IMG/VR virus record: IMGVR_UViG_3300046460_000197
Span: 1-62,602 of that record
Origin: a virus
Direction: 5' to 3' (one strand)
DNA: 62,602 nt
A program made the translations under genes and the position numbers. Of this stretch, positions 50,836 through 59,459 are shown one piece after another. The number at the start of each line of letters is the position of its first letter. Positions within the stretch are counted from its first letter, which is position 1. The notes beneath the pieces were generated by a model. It ran no database searches. It had not been told where the DNA came from and saw only the letters and a program-made list of their open reading frames with translations.

Positions 50836-50946
50836 TTCGCGCAGGCCATGCACCGCGACGCGGCCATCTACACGATCTTCGAAGGCACGAGCGAGATCCA
50901 GCGCCTGGTGATCGCCCGCACGCTGTCGGGGATGCCGATCCGCTAG
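50836..50946 (+). pseudogene. 3'-terminal fragment of an acyl-CoA dehydrogenase gene (attP-associated)
   Basis: Translates to ...FAQAMHRDAAIYTIFEGTSEIQRLVIARTLSGMPIR*, the conserved ACAD C-terminus (RDAKI.QIYEGT.EIQR.VIAR.L). The frame is open only from 50797 and there is no N-terminal part. Confidence 0.7.
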
Positions 50947-50988
50947 GACGGGCTGGCAGCAGGACGCGCATAGATCGTTGCTATGAAA

Positions 50989-51018
50989 GCGGCCCTCCCG
51001 ACTCTGCGGGAGGGCCGC
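50989..51018. terminator. Hairpin between the ACAD fragment and the integrase stop
   Basis: GCGGCCCTCCCG-actctg-CGGGAGGGCCGC. Confidence 0.6.
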
Positions 51019-51069
51019 TGACTTGCGCCTACTGAAAGATCGAATCCAGTTTGGGAGACGCCTGGGAGA

Positions 51070-52332
51070 TCAACTCTCAGACTTGGCGGGGATTTGGGGG
51101 ACCGGGCCGAACTCGCGACGGTCGACGACCGTCCGCAGAGACTGCTCCCATCGGGACTGCAACGTCTCTGCGATCTTCAGTTCCATCGTCAGCGTCGTAT
51201 GGGAGTAGGTCCCCTCGACGCCCTGGAGCGCGTGGCCCATGCGCTCCTCTACCGCCACTCTAGGATGCCCGTCCTCGTCGAGCCAGACCTTGTGCGAGTG
51301 GCGCAGTCCGTGCGGCACCAGCCCTTCAACGCCCAGCACCGGCCGGACACCGGCCCGGTAGCCCACCCGCGGTTTCGACGGCCGCTCCGGACGCCCTTCG
51401 ACCATGAACCGCCACGGACCGGAGTACCAGGCCCCGCTCCGCAGTAGCCGGCCGCCCTTCGGCGCCGTGAACACCCACTCCGAGTCCGGCCGCGAAGCGA
51501 GCAGTTGCCGAAGGAGGGCGGCGAGGAACGGCGGGATAATGAGACCGCGACCCGAGTCGTACTTGGCGGGGATCTCCGTGAATGCGCCGTCGACGTACTG
51601 GCTTTGCTGCTGCGCGTGCAGACGGGCGCCCTGCCCGCGGTCGACCAGCTCCAACTGATCCCGGTGCACGGCGGCCAGTTCGCCGATCCGCAGACCCGTG
51701 TAGGCCGAGGCGAGAACGAGGGCGTACTCGTTCAGTCCATACATCTCCAGCCCGTTGCGGGCTATCAGCAGGGCCTGGCGAGGGGTGGCGATGACCTTGT
51801 CGTCCTTCGGCTTCGGCTCGTACTTCCCGCGCCGGCCGGACTTGCGCGCGGCCACCGGGTTGTCGGCACGCAGCCGCTCAGAGACCGCGTCGTCCATCAT
51901 TGTGCGGAATGTCGACACGATGGCATCGGCGTAGTTCTTGGAGACCTGCTGCCGGATCCGCTTCTCCCAGGTGACGATCGCTGTGGGGGACAGATCTCCG
52001 ATCGCCACACCTCCCCACTCGGGGAGGATCTGGTTCTTCAGCCGGAGCCGGTACTCCTTCTCTGTGAGCGGGCCGACGTCGATGGACGGAAGCCAGGCAG
52101 CGGCCCACTCTGCGACCGTGGTGCGGCCGTCGCGCGGGTTGTAGAACTGCTTCCGACGGACGTCGGTCTCGAGGCCTTGGGCGTACTGCTCGGCAGAGCG
52201 TTCCGAGTGGAACGGCTGCCCGTTGTCGTCTTTGGAGACGGAACCCCACTTGCCGTTGGGGAGCTTGTACCGGCCTCGGTACCGCCACTTACGTGCGCGC
52301 TTGTCGTAGCCGCGCTTCTCGGCGTGAGCCAT
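51070..52332 (-). CDS. int: Tyrosine integrase
   Basis: 420 aa. AYTGLRIGELAAV (R), HGLRHSHKVWL (HxxR), MGHALQGVEGTYSH (H...Y). The N-terminal arm-binding-like region RKWRYRGRYKLPNGKW is also present. Confidence 0.9.
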   Translation of the reverse strand: MAHAEKRGYDKRARKWRYRGRYKLPNGKWGSVSKDDNGQPFHSERSAEQYAQGLETDVRRKQFYNPRDGRTTVAEWAAAWLPSIDVGPLTEKEYRLRLKNQILPEWGGVAIGDLSPTAIVTWEKRIRQQVSKNYADAIVSTFRTMMDDAVSERLRADNPVAARKSGRRGKYEPKPKDDKVIATPRQALLIARNGLEMYGLNEYALVLASAYTGLRIGELAAVHRDQLELVDRGQGARLHAQQQSQYVDGAFTEIPAKYDSGRGLIIPPFLAALLRQLLASRPDSEWVFTAPKGGRLLRSGAWYSGPWRFMVEGRPERPSKPRVGYRAGVRPVLGVEGLVPHGLRHSHKVWLDEDGHPRVAVEERMGHALQGVEGTYSHTTLTMELKIAETLQSRWEQSLRTVVDRREFGPVPQIPAKSES

Positions 52333-52347
52333 CGATCACCTCTGGGC

Positions 52348-52566
52348 TTAACCGGTGACGGCGCGCAGCGCTCTGCGGACCATCGTTTCGTCGAGCCGCT
52401 TCCAGCCGGTGATCGTAGTGTTGAGGACTTTCTGCAACGCGGCAGCGCCGTCGTCGCTGATCAGCTTCTGGTCGGCGTAGACGTTGAACTGCCCATCGTC
52501 ACAGTCCTCGACCCAGATCTGAACGTTGCAAGGCATTCCCGAGACTGACACAACCCGCACAGGCAT
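52348..52566 (-). CDS. Hypothetical protein (72 aa) upstream of int
   Basis: ATG 52566 after GGGGGA. MPVRVVSVSGMPCNVQIWVEDCDDGQFNVYADQKLISDDG... Only the distal part of track ORF 52348..52815 was kept. Confidence 0.5.
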   Translation of the reverse strand: MPVRVVSVSGMPCNVQIWVEDCDDGQFNVYADQKLISDDGAAALQKVLNTTITGWKRLDETMVRRALRAVTG

Positions 52567-52672
52567 AGGTCCCCCAAGACCACCGCGGGCGCCCTCCATT
52601 GTGGTATCCGGACATGAGATCACACTTCCGGCCGGTCTCGGGAGGGGATGAACACATCCAGTGTGGGGGACG

Positions 52673-53236
52673 TTACGAACCGTTCGCAGCGTGCGGGGTG
52701 TTCCCGTTGTCGTCGTCATCGTCGGGCAGCCATTGCAGCTTGCGCTCGGCGCGACGCCAGGCAATGAGAGCTGCCTGGATCTCTTCGGGGGTGGCGTCCG
52801 GGCGGCCATGGACAACGACCGTCATGCGTGCGCCGCCGGTGCCGGGCAGCTGGATGACTTGGGAGTCGATGAGCGGGTCATCGCTCTCCAGTTCGTCGAC
52901 GACGCGCAGCGGTAGCTTCTCGCGGATCCGGTCCTTGGCGGCCGAGTCGGAGGATCCGTCGCTGGCGGTAGTCGCAGGGGTCGGCTGGCCGCCGGCGAGG
53001 ACGGCCCGCGCCGATCCTTCGGCCCACCCAAGATGTGGCTCAATCTTGGCCACGGTCTGAGGCATGCGGCTGCGCGGTTTGCCGCTTTCGAGGTTCTGGA
53101 CGCTTCCCTCGCTGACGCCGGCGAGGTCGGCGAGCTTCTCCTGCGAGAGGCCACGCGCCTCGCGTGCAGCCCTGGCGGCGGCGGCGAGCTTGGCCCACTC
53201 CAGGTTGGTCCGGTCCTCTGTCATGGCGGCCATCAT
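52673..53236 (-). CDS. CI-like XRE-family repressor
   Basis: About 183-187 aa (start at 53236, 53233 or 53224). HTH AREARGLSQEKLADLAGVSEGSVQNLESGK. Divergent from a Cro-like gene. Confidence 0.7.
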   Translation of the reverse strand: MMAAMTEDRTNLEWAKLAAAARAAREARGLSQEKLADLAGVSEGSVQNLESGKPRSRMPQTVAKIEPHLGWAEGSARAVLAGGQPTPATTASDGSSDSAAKDRIREKLPLRVVDELESDDPLIDSQVIQLPGTGGARMTVVVHGRPDATPEEIQAALIAWRRAERKLQWLPDDDDDNGNTPHAANGS

Positions 53237-53417
53237 GCCGCACGGTTTGGCAACACGCACCCAGGGGCTCCCCTAATTGACCAGGATTGATCGGTCTTTG
53301 GGGAGCTCTTTTGTTGCCTCGTTAGCGCCTCGTTGCGCTTGCGCCCCGTAAGTGCGCCGCCGCGCGCCGTACATCCCTGGCCATCGCTTGCCGCTCCAGG
53401 CGCCGTGGGCCACCCAG

Positions 53418-53447
53418 GGAATCCCGAAGAACACCCAACGAATCCCG
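53418..53447. promoter_or_regulatory. Direct 9-bp repeats GAATCCCGA x2 (21-bp phasing) in the immunity intergenic region
   Basis: Located at 53418-53426 and 53439-53447. Further short repeats (ATTGAYC x2, GCCTCGTT x2) lie at 53275-53335. Confidence 0.3.
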
Positions 53448-53515
53448 ACCAGGGCTCTTGCTATTGGCGCTTCGTTGGGTCTACGTTGTGTCTCGTGAGA
53501 CCGAACGGAGCCGCA

Positions 53516-53770
53516 ATGAAGGCCATCCGGGAGGCCCGGGGGATCAGCCTTCAGCAGCTTGCCAAGGACATCGGCAGAGACCCCGGCTTTATCTCCCGCG
53601 TCGAGAACGGCAAGCAGGGAGCAGGCGACGGAACCCTCCACCTCTACGCCCGCCGCATTAACGCCTCCATCGATGCCATCACCCATAAGGAGAACCCAAG
53701 TGACCAGGAACGACCTGGCTCCCCCCACCGAAACGACTCTGATCCTCCGGCAGCTGACTGCAGCCGTTGA
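53516..53770 (+). CDS. Cro-like XRE-family HTH protein
   Basis: 84 aa, ATG after ACGGAG. MKAIREARGISLQQLAKDIGRDPGFISRVENGKQ. The 3' end overlaps the next gene by 71 nt, so its true end and function are uncertain. Confidence 0.65.
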   Translation: MKAIREARGISLQQLAKDIGRDPGFISRVENGKQGAGDGTLHLYARRINASIDAITHKENPSDQERPGSPHRNDSDPPAADCSR

Positions 53771-54026
53771 GCGCCTCGCAGCCGCCCCCACGGCCGCCGA
53801 GCTGGAGCTGAAGTGCTTCACCCCGGAAGAGGCCGCCGCCATCCTCGGCAAGACCCCCAACTGGGTCATCGAGGCGATCCAGGACGGCCGCGTCCCCCAC
53901 ACCTACGTCGGTAAGTCGCCGCGCATGACCGCCACTCACATCCGCTGGGTGCAGGCGCAGGGCGAGCGAGTGCCCAACCAGTACGCCAGGCCACTCACCA
54001 AGACGCCGGCTCCCGTCGCCGCCTGA
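53700..54026 (+). CDS. Excisionase-family HTH DNA-binding protein (Xis candidate)
   Basis: GTG 53700 located 8 nt after AAGGAG, 108 aa. CFTPEEAAAILGKTPNWVIEAIQDGRVPHTYVGKSPRMTATHIRWV. Confidence 0.65.
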   Translation: MTRNDLAPPTETTLILRQLTAAVERLAAAPTAAELELKCFTPEEAAAILGKTPNWVIEAIQDGRVPHTYVGKSPRMTATHIRWVQAQGERVPNQYARPLTKTPAPVAA

Positions 54027-54108
54027 GCGGCAAAGAGGCCGCCCCGCGCCTACGGGACGACCTCAACGATCCACCCCTCACGAACTGACGAAACGAAAGG
54101 GGCTTCAC

Positions 54109-54447
54109 GTGCCTCAATCCTCTCAGACCCCGAACCTCGCCCTCGCAAAGGCCCGTGAGGCAGCCGCCGAGATCCTTCGACAGGACACCGGCACCGACCA
54201 CCCGAAGTGGCGGCTGATCCTCACCGACAGCGAGTCCTTCACCGGCCTCGCCCCCGTCTGCACCGGAGAGCGCAGCGACGCGCTGCACGAGATCCCCGAT
54301 TATCCCGGCGGTCCGAAGCGGGACGAGGACGGCGTCTACGACTGCTGCCCATGGCCGCAGGTCGAGACGTACTCGGAGGCGGTGGCTGCCTACCTGGTGG
54401 AACTGCTGAACGCCGACGTCGAGCAGGCCCTCGGCGGTGCGGCATGA
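54109..54447 (+). CDS. Hypothetical protein (112 aa)
   Basis: GTG start; natural composition. Confidence 0.6.
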   Translation: MPQSSQTPNLALAKAREAAAEILRQDTGTDHPKWRLILTDSESFTGLAPVCTGERSDALHEIPDYPGGPKRDEDGVYDCCPWPQVETYSEAVAAYLVELLNADVEQALGGAA

Positions 54448-54710
54448 CCGACTCGATCACCTCCCTCCCGGCCGCCGTAACCGCCCGTGGCGCCCTCCCG
54501 ATGCCCGCCGGGGACGTCCGCCCCTGGTCCGACATGGACACCCCGCTGCCGGTCGTCGAGGCCGACACCCGCCTCCAGGCGCTCCTCGCCGACCCGCCCG
54601 CAGGTCACGTGGAGGCCCTCCAGCCCGCCGACTGGTACGAGACCGTGTTCGACCTCCTCGCCTGCGCCCACCCCGAAACCTGCACCTGCACGCCGAAGGA
54701 GACGCCGTGA
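54444..54710 (+). CDS. Hypothetical protein (88 aa)
   Basis: ATGA overlap with the upstream gene. Confidence 0.55.
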   Translation: MTDSITSLPAAVTARGALPMPAGDVRPWSDMDTPLPVVEADTRLQALLADPPAGHVEALQPADWYETVFDLLACAHPETCTCTPKETP

Positions 54711-54910
54711 CCGCCCTCGACGCCGAACCCCGCCCGCTGGCGGACCTGGAGCAGGACGCGCTGGTCGCCGTCGAGGTCGAGTTCGCCCGCCGCGCCCGCG
54801 GAACAAAGCCGTGGACGCCGACCGAGCTGATCGACCGGATCGAGCAGGTCCACGTCCGCTACAACCACCGCCGCGCCTGGCTGCGCACACACGAGCAGGC
54901 GGTGTCGTGA
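54707..54910 (+). CDS. Hypothetical protein (67 aa)
   Basis: GTGA overlap with the upstream gene. Confidence 0.55.
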   Translation: MTALDAEPRPLADLEQDALVAVEVEFARRARGTKPWTPTELIDRIEQVHVRYNHRRAWLRTHEQAVS

Positions 54911-55050
54911 TGGCCGCCGTCGACCTGACGGCCCTGCCGCCCGTCGTAGTCGTCCCCGGTATCGCCGCCTGGCTCGGGATCGCCCGGCCGGACGACGAGC
55001 CCGACGAGTACGAGGCGCTGTGTCGGCAGCTCAGCGAGGGGGACGCATGA
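54907..55050 (+). CDS. Possible small protein (47 aa)
   Basis: GTGATG overlap with the upstream gene; short. Confidence 0.4.
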   Translation: MMAAVDLTALPPVVVVPGIAAWLGIARPDDEPDEYEALCRQLSEGDA

Positions 55051-55256
55051 CCGCCCCGCCGTCGCGCCTGTCGCCGACCGCCGGCCTGTTCAACGCGGCC
55101 GTCCGCCTCTACATCCGCCGGGCCCGGAACCTGATCGCCGCCCAGGAGAAGGCCCTCGACGAGGCCCGCAACCTCAACCACGCCCTGCGCACCGCCGCCA
55201 GCTACCGGGCCAGCGCACACGCCGGATACATCGACCGCACCGGACTGGAGACGTAG
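55047..55256 (+). CDS. Hypothetical protein (69 aa)
   Basis: ATGA overlap with the upstream gene. Confidence 0.5.
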   Translation: MTAPPSRLSPTAGLFNAAVRLYIRRARNLIAAQEKALDEARNLNHALRTAASYRASAHAGYIDRTGLET

Positions 55257-55258
55257 TC

Positions 55259-55717
55259 ATGACCCTCGGCGAACTGATACCCGTGCGCCTCGGCATGCTG
55301 CGGCCGGTCCGCCAGCCGAAGCACAGCGCGCCCGCAGAGGTCGACCGGCTGCGCCTCAGGCTCGGCTGGGCGAACGATCTGATCCGCACGCAGCAGGTAC
55401 AGATCGACGACGCCGAGAAGCGCGCCGACTGGGCGGCAGCCTGCCAGGCCGAGGCGGAGGAGCTGGTCGTCAAGCTGCAGGCCGACGTCGACGACCTCAC
55501 CGCCGAGCGCGACCAGTTCGCCGAGGAGAACGCCGCGCTGAAGCACCGGTTCGCCGCCCACCTGGCCGCCGACGCCAACGCCACCCGCATCACCGTGCCG
55601 CCCGCGATCCGCGACACCAGCGCGCTCGAGGACCAGGCCACCGGCCCGATCGACGTCCGCACGCTCTGGGACGCCCTCGGCGTCCAGCCCGTCACCGACC
55701 CGGGCCGCATCCACTGA
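55259..55717 (+). CDS. Coiled-coil protein (152 aa)
   Basis: ...QIDDAEKRADWAAACQAEAEELVVKLQADVDDLTAERDQFAEENAALKHRF... Confidence 0.6.
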   Translation: MTLGELIPVRLGMLRPVRQPKHSAPAEVDRLRLRLGWANDLIRTQQVQIDDAEKRADWAAACQAEAEELVVKLQADVDDLTAERDQFAEENAALKHRFAAHLAADANATRITVPPAIRDTSALEDQATGPIDVRTLWDALGVQPVTDPGRIH

Positions 55718-55822
55718 CACCGCCGTCCTCGCCAGATGACCGCCCGGCTGGCGAGGCGGCGGCCCAAAGGAAAGCCCCGAGCGCTGGTATCGCCCGGGGA
55801 TCCGACACCAGCATCCCAGGAG

Positions 55823-56821
55823 ATGACCTTGTCCGTCACCATCAACGCCCACAGGCTCCTGGCCCTCGTCGCCAAGACCCGCGGCCATGTGAACGAAGAC
55901 GAAGTCCCGCAGCTCTGCGGGATCCGCTTCGAGAGCAACGGCACCTACCTGCACGCCCTCGCCTCCGACCGCTTCACGTTCGCCGTCGCCCGCACCAAAC
56001 TCCGCCAGGCCGGCGAGCCGTGGGCCCTCACCGTCCCCGCCGAGGACGTCAAATGGCTGCACGGCTGGCTCAAAGCCCACGAGGGCGCCGACATCATCGA
56101 CGTCTCGGCCGACGGCGCGCAGCTCAAGATGAGCAGCGAGCGGGGGCAGCTCACCATCAACGGCAGCACCGCCACCTTCCCGAAGTGGCAGGGCATGTTC
56201 CGTGACGTCCTGTCTGAAGCCTCCAGCAGCCGAGAGCTGACCTCCCTCGACGCCCACATGCTCGCCCGGTGGAAGAGCGCCGGAAGCCACCTGCGCGTCT
56301 GGCAGTCCTCCGAGGTCAAGCCGCTCCTCCTCGTCGGGGACGACTTCCTCGGCCTCCAAATGCCGGCCCGCTACAGCGGCGAGGACAAGGACCGGCCCAC
56401 TGTCCTCGGCGACTGGATGGGCAGCCTCAGCGGCGGCGAGCCCGCCGAGTTGCCCGAGCCGCCCGAGCAGACATCCGTCCCGAAGATGATCGAGGCGACG
56501 CTGCACCACACGCTGCGCTCAACTTCGGCGATGTTCGGCGCCGACATGGACACCGAGATGGGGCGCGCCACCTTCAACGCCTGGGTGTTCTCCGGCATCT
56601 ACGCCTGGTCCGCCTACCGGTGCCTCGAAGCACTTCGGCAGGCCGACCCAGACCTCGCCGAGACCACCGCCCGCGACCTCGACGAGCAGTTGGAGTCCGG
56701 CGAGATCGGCGAGTGGGCGTGGGACGCCGCCGAGAAGGCCGGCTTCGACCCGCAGAAGTGGCACGACGAGTACGAGGCCCACAAGAAGAAGCTCGCCAAG
56801 AAGGCCGCCGAAGCCGCCTGA
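55823..56821 (+). CDS. DNA polymerase III beta-clamp (DnaN)-like protein with unrelated C-terminal extension
   Basis: ATG 55823, 332 aa. The N-terminus LLALVAKTRGHVNEDEVPQLCGIRFESNGTYLHALASDRFTFAVART parallels the clamp pattern P.L.G.....dg.L.l.aTD..R.A. Assignment rests on motif memory only. Confidence 0.4.
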   Translation: MTLSVTINAHRLLALVAKTRGHVNEDEVPQLCGIRFESNGTYLHALASDRFTFAVARTKLRQAGEPWALTVPAEDVKWLHGWLKAHEGADIIDVSADGAQLKMSSERGQLTINGSTATFPKWQGMFRDVLSEASSSRELTSLDAHMLARWKSAGSHLRVWQSSEVKPLLLVGDDFLGLQMPARYSGEDKDRPTVLGDWMGSLSGGEPAELPEPPEQTSVPKMIEATLHHTLRSTSAMFGADMDTEMGRATFNAWVFSGIYAWSAYRCLEALRQADPDLAETTARDLDEQLESGEIGEWAWDAAEKAGFDPQKWHDEYEAHKKKLAKKAAEAA

Positions 56822-56944
56822 CCACCTCCCATACGCCGCGTCGAGCGCTTCCCCCAACGCTCCGCGGCAGCCGAGGCCGCCAGCCCCGCACCTCCCCCCG
56901 ACGGGGCTGGCGGCCCGGCACCACCCATCCCGAAAGCAGGCCAC

Positions 56945-57895
56945 ATGAGCACCACGGACACCGAAAGCCACGCCTACGTCGTCCCTGACGGCGTCCTCAT
57001 CGGACACCTCACCCCGGGCACCGCCGCCTGGGAAGAAGCCCGCACCGGCCTCACGATCACCGCCACCGAGATCGCAGCCGTCGTCGGCCTCTCACCCTGG
57101 ATGAGCCGCTTCACCCTCTGGCACAAGAAAGCCGGCCTGCCCACCGGACCGTTCGAGATGACCCCCGCCATCGAGTGGGGCAACCGCCTCGAAGAGGCCG
57201 TAGCCGCCAAGTGGCAGGACGAACACCCCGGCTTCCTGGCCGCCCCCGCAGGCACCTGGCAGCACCGCGAGCGGACCTGGCAGCGCGCCACCCCCGACTG
57301 CCTCGTCTACCGCCAGCCCGCAGGCGAGTTCGAGACGCCGGACCAGGCCGAGGAACTCCTCGAGGTGAAGACCAGCCCGTTCGGCGACGACTGGGGGCCG
57401 TCCGGCGACGACGAAGGAATCCCCGTCTGGTACCGCTGCCAGGTCATCTGGCAGATGGACACCCTCGGCCTGCACCGCACCCGCTTCGCCGTCCTCATCT
57501 CCGGCCACGACTACCGCGAATACACCGTCGACTACGACGAGACCGAGGCCCGCATCCTCCGCGACGCCGCCGAACGCTTCCTCGACGACGTGCGCCGCGG
57601 CAACCGGCCGCCCATCGACGGCGCCACGGACACCTACCGCACGATCCGCGTCCAGCCGGACGGGCTCGAGGACCGCGACGTCGAGATCCCCTCCGACCTC
57701 GTCGCCCGCTGGGACGCCGCCTACACCGACCTGTCCGCCGCATCCGCCGACCTCACGCAGGTCCGCGGCGAGGTCCTCGACCTCATCGGCAACGCCAAGC
57801 GCGCCGTCTGCGGCGACCGCCGTATCGCCTACCGCACCGTCCGCGACGGCAAGACGTACAGCCTCAACCCCTACACCAGCAAGGACGCAGCGTGA
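56945..57895 (+). CDS. YqaJ/lambda-exonuclease-like recombination exonuclease
   Basis: 316 aa. GTAAWEEARTGLTITATEIAAVVGLSPWMSRFTLWHKKAG...LLEVKTS... Paired with RecT. Confidence 0.8.
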   Translation: MSTTDTESHAYVVPDGVLIGHLTPGTAAWEEARTGLTITATEIAAVVGLSPWMSRFTLWHKKAGLPTGPFEMTPAIEWGNRLEEAVAAKWQDEHPGFLAAPAGTWQHRERTWQRATPDCLVYRQPAGEFETPDQAEELLEVKTSPFGDDWGPSGDDEGIPVWYRCQVIWQMDTLGLHRTRFAVLISGHDYREYTVDYDETEARILRDAAERFLDDVRRGNRPPIDGATDTYRTIRVQPDGLEDRDVEIPSDLVARWDAAYTDLSAASADLTQVRGEVLDLIGNAKRAVCGDRRIAYRTVRDGKTYSLNPYTSKDAA

Positions 57896-58710
57896 GCCAG
57901 ATCAGCAACGCCATCGAGAAGCGCGACAACGGGCCCGCCGCCGTCGTCGAGAGGTACCGCAGCGACCTCGAACTCGTCATGCCCAGCCACCTCCAGGCGC
58001 GTGTCGGCGCCTGGATCCGCAACACGCAGGGCCTCCTGCGCCGCGACGAGAAGCTCATGGAAGCCGCCCAGAACGACGTCGGGCAGTTCATCGCCGTCCT
58101 CATGGACGCCGGCCGCCTCGGACTCGAACCCGGCACCGAGCAGTACTACCTCGTCCCGCGCTGGAACAAAAAGAAGCGAGCCACCGAGGTCACCGGCGTC
58201 CGTGGCTACCAGGGCGAGATCGAGCTCATGTACCGGGCGGGCGCCGTCTCCTCCGTGATCGTCGAAGTGGTCTACAGCAAGGACCAGTTCCAGTTCCGGC
58301 CCGGCCGCGACGAACGCCCGGTCCACGACATCGACTGGGACGCAGACGATCGCGGCCAGCTCCGACTCGCTTACGCCTACGCCGTCATGAAGGACGGAGC
58401 CACCAGCAAAGTCGTCGTCCTCAACCGCGGCCACATCGCGAAGGCGCGCGCCAAGTCCGACAGCGCCGACAAGGACTGGTCGCCGTGGAACACCGACGAG
58501 GAAGCGATGTGGCTGAAGACCGCAGCGCACCGCCTCGCCAAGTGGGTGCCGACGTCCGCCGAGTACATGCGCGAGCAGATCCGCGCAAAGGCCGTCGTCG
58601 AGGTCGAGCAGCACCCCGGGCCCCTTCCGGCCGGTATCCCGCAGCCCGCGCCCGGAACGGTCGACAACGACTACGACGAGGACCCCCTCGAGGGCGAGCT
58701 CGTCGACTAG
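57892..58710 (+). CDS. recT: RecT-family single-strand annealing protein
   Basis: GTG 57892 (GTGA overlap), 272 aa. ...CMDAGRLGLEPG-type segment AVLMDAGRLGLEPGTEQYYLVPR, then GYQGEIELMYRAG. Confidence 0.8.
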   Translation: MSQISNAIEKRDNGPAAVVERYRSDLELVMPSHLQARVGAWIRNTQGLLRRDEKLMEAAQNDVGQFIAVLMDAGRLGLEPGTEQYYLVPRWNKKKRATEVTGVRGYQGEIELMYRAGAVSSVIVEVVYSKDQFQFRPGRDERPVHDIDWDADDRGQLRLAYAYAVMKDGATSKVVVLNRGHIAKARAKSDSADKDWSPWNTDEEAMWLKTAAHRLAKWVPTSAEYMREQIRAKAVVEVEQHPGPLPAGIPQPAPGTVDNDYDEDPLEGELVD

Positions 58711-58786
58711 CCCGCACGCCGGAAGCCGGCCCGCGGGAATCGGGCCGGCTCCACCTCCAGCACACACCTCCGAAGGGAGAACGACA

Positions 58787-59125
58787 ATGCCCCGCCTCAC
58801 ACTCGCCGAGCAGGTCGCCGCCGACGCCCGCGACAAGACCCTCAATCAGTTGGTCCGCCAGGCCTCCGACTGGGACCGCAAGGTTGTCGCCCAGGCCGTC
58901 CTCATCTGGATGCGCGACCACTACACCGTGTCCGCGAACGACCTGCGCCACGAGCTCCCCGACGTCGCCGGTGGGGTCCTGCCCGGCGTGCTGCGGGGCA
59001 TGTCCCACAACTTCCTGATCCACACCGGCCGGTACGTGCCGTCCACTTCGCTGCGCACCAAGGGGCATCCCATAGCGGTGTATCGGCGCCGCACCGCCGC
59101 AGACCGGGCAGAGGCCGCCGCGTGA
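58787..59125 (+). CDS. Hypothetical protein (112 aa)
   Basis: ATG after GAAGGGAGA. Confidence 0.6.
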   Translation: MPRLTLAEQVAADARDKTLNQLVRQASDWDRKVVAQAVLIWMRDHYTVSANDLRHELPDVAGGVLPGVLRGMSHNFLIHTGRYVPSTSLRTKGHPIAVYRRRTAADRAEAAA

Positions 59126-59217
59126 GCCCCGACGCCGCCCTCGCCGCCGCCGTGGCCGCGTTCATGACCGCCGCCTGCACCCTCCTCCTCCTGCTCGGCA
59201 CCCGGAGGCAGCGGTGA
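59122..59217 (+). CDS. Possible small TM peptide (31 aa)
   Basis: GTGA overlaps on both sides. AAFMTAACTLLLLLG. Confidence 0.3.
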   Translation: MSPDAALAAAVAAFMTAACTLLLLLGTRRQR

Positions 59218-59459
59218 CCGCCGTCGACTTCGCCCTCGACTCGATCCTCGCCGTCGGCTGGATCGCCGCCTTCATCCTCGCCGCCGGGGTTGTGCTCCTC
59301 GTCGCAGGCCTCGCCGTCGCCCTCGGCCGCTGGACCGGCACCTGCCTCGCCATCCGCTGGCACGCCCGCCGGCTCATCCGCGAGGTGCAGCTGTACGTCC
59401 ACCGGCCCATGCTCCGCCCCCTCTTCGACACCCACGACCAGCCCCGGAAGGAGATGTGA
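59214..59459 (+). CDS. Membrane protein (81 aa)
   Basis: TM helix ILAVGWIAAFILAAGVVLLVAGLAVAL. Confidence 0.55.
   Translation: MTAVDFALDSILAVGWIAAFILAAGVVLLVAGLAVALGRWTGTCLAIRWHARRLIREVQLYVHRPMLRPLFDTHDQPRKEM

Noticed and set aside
50654-50911. 85-aa ORF overlapping the ACAD fragment in another frame
   Set aside because: Its composition is implausible. The alternative frame gives a near-textbook acyl-CoA dehydrogenase C-terminus, which explains the open frames here.
50836-50946. ACAD-like segment considered as a functional metabolic (AMG-type) gene
   Set aside because: Only about 37-50 C-terminal residues are present, with an in-frame stop at 50794-50796 and no start. It is interpreted as an attP surrogate 3' end, not a gene.
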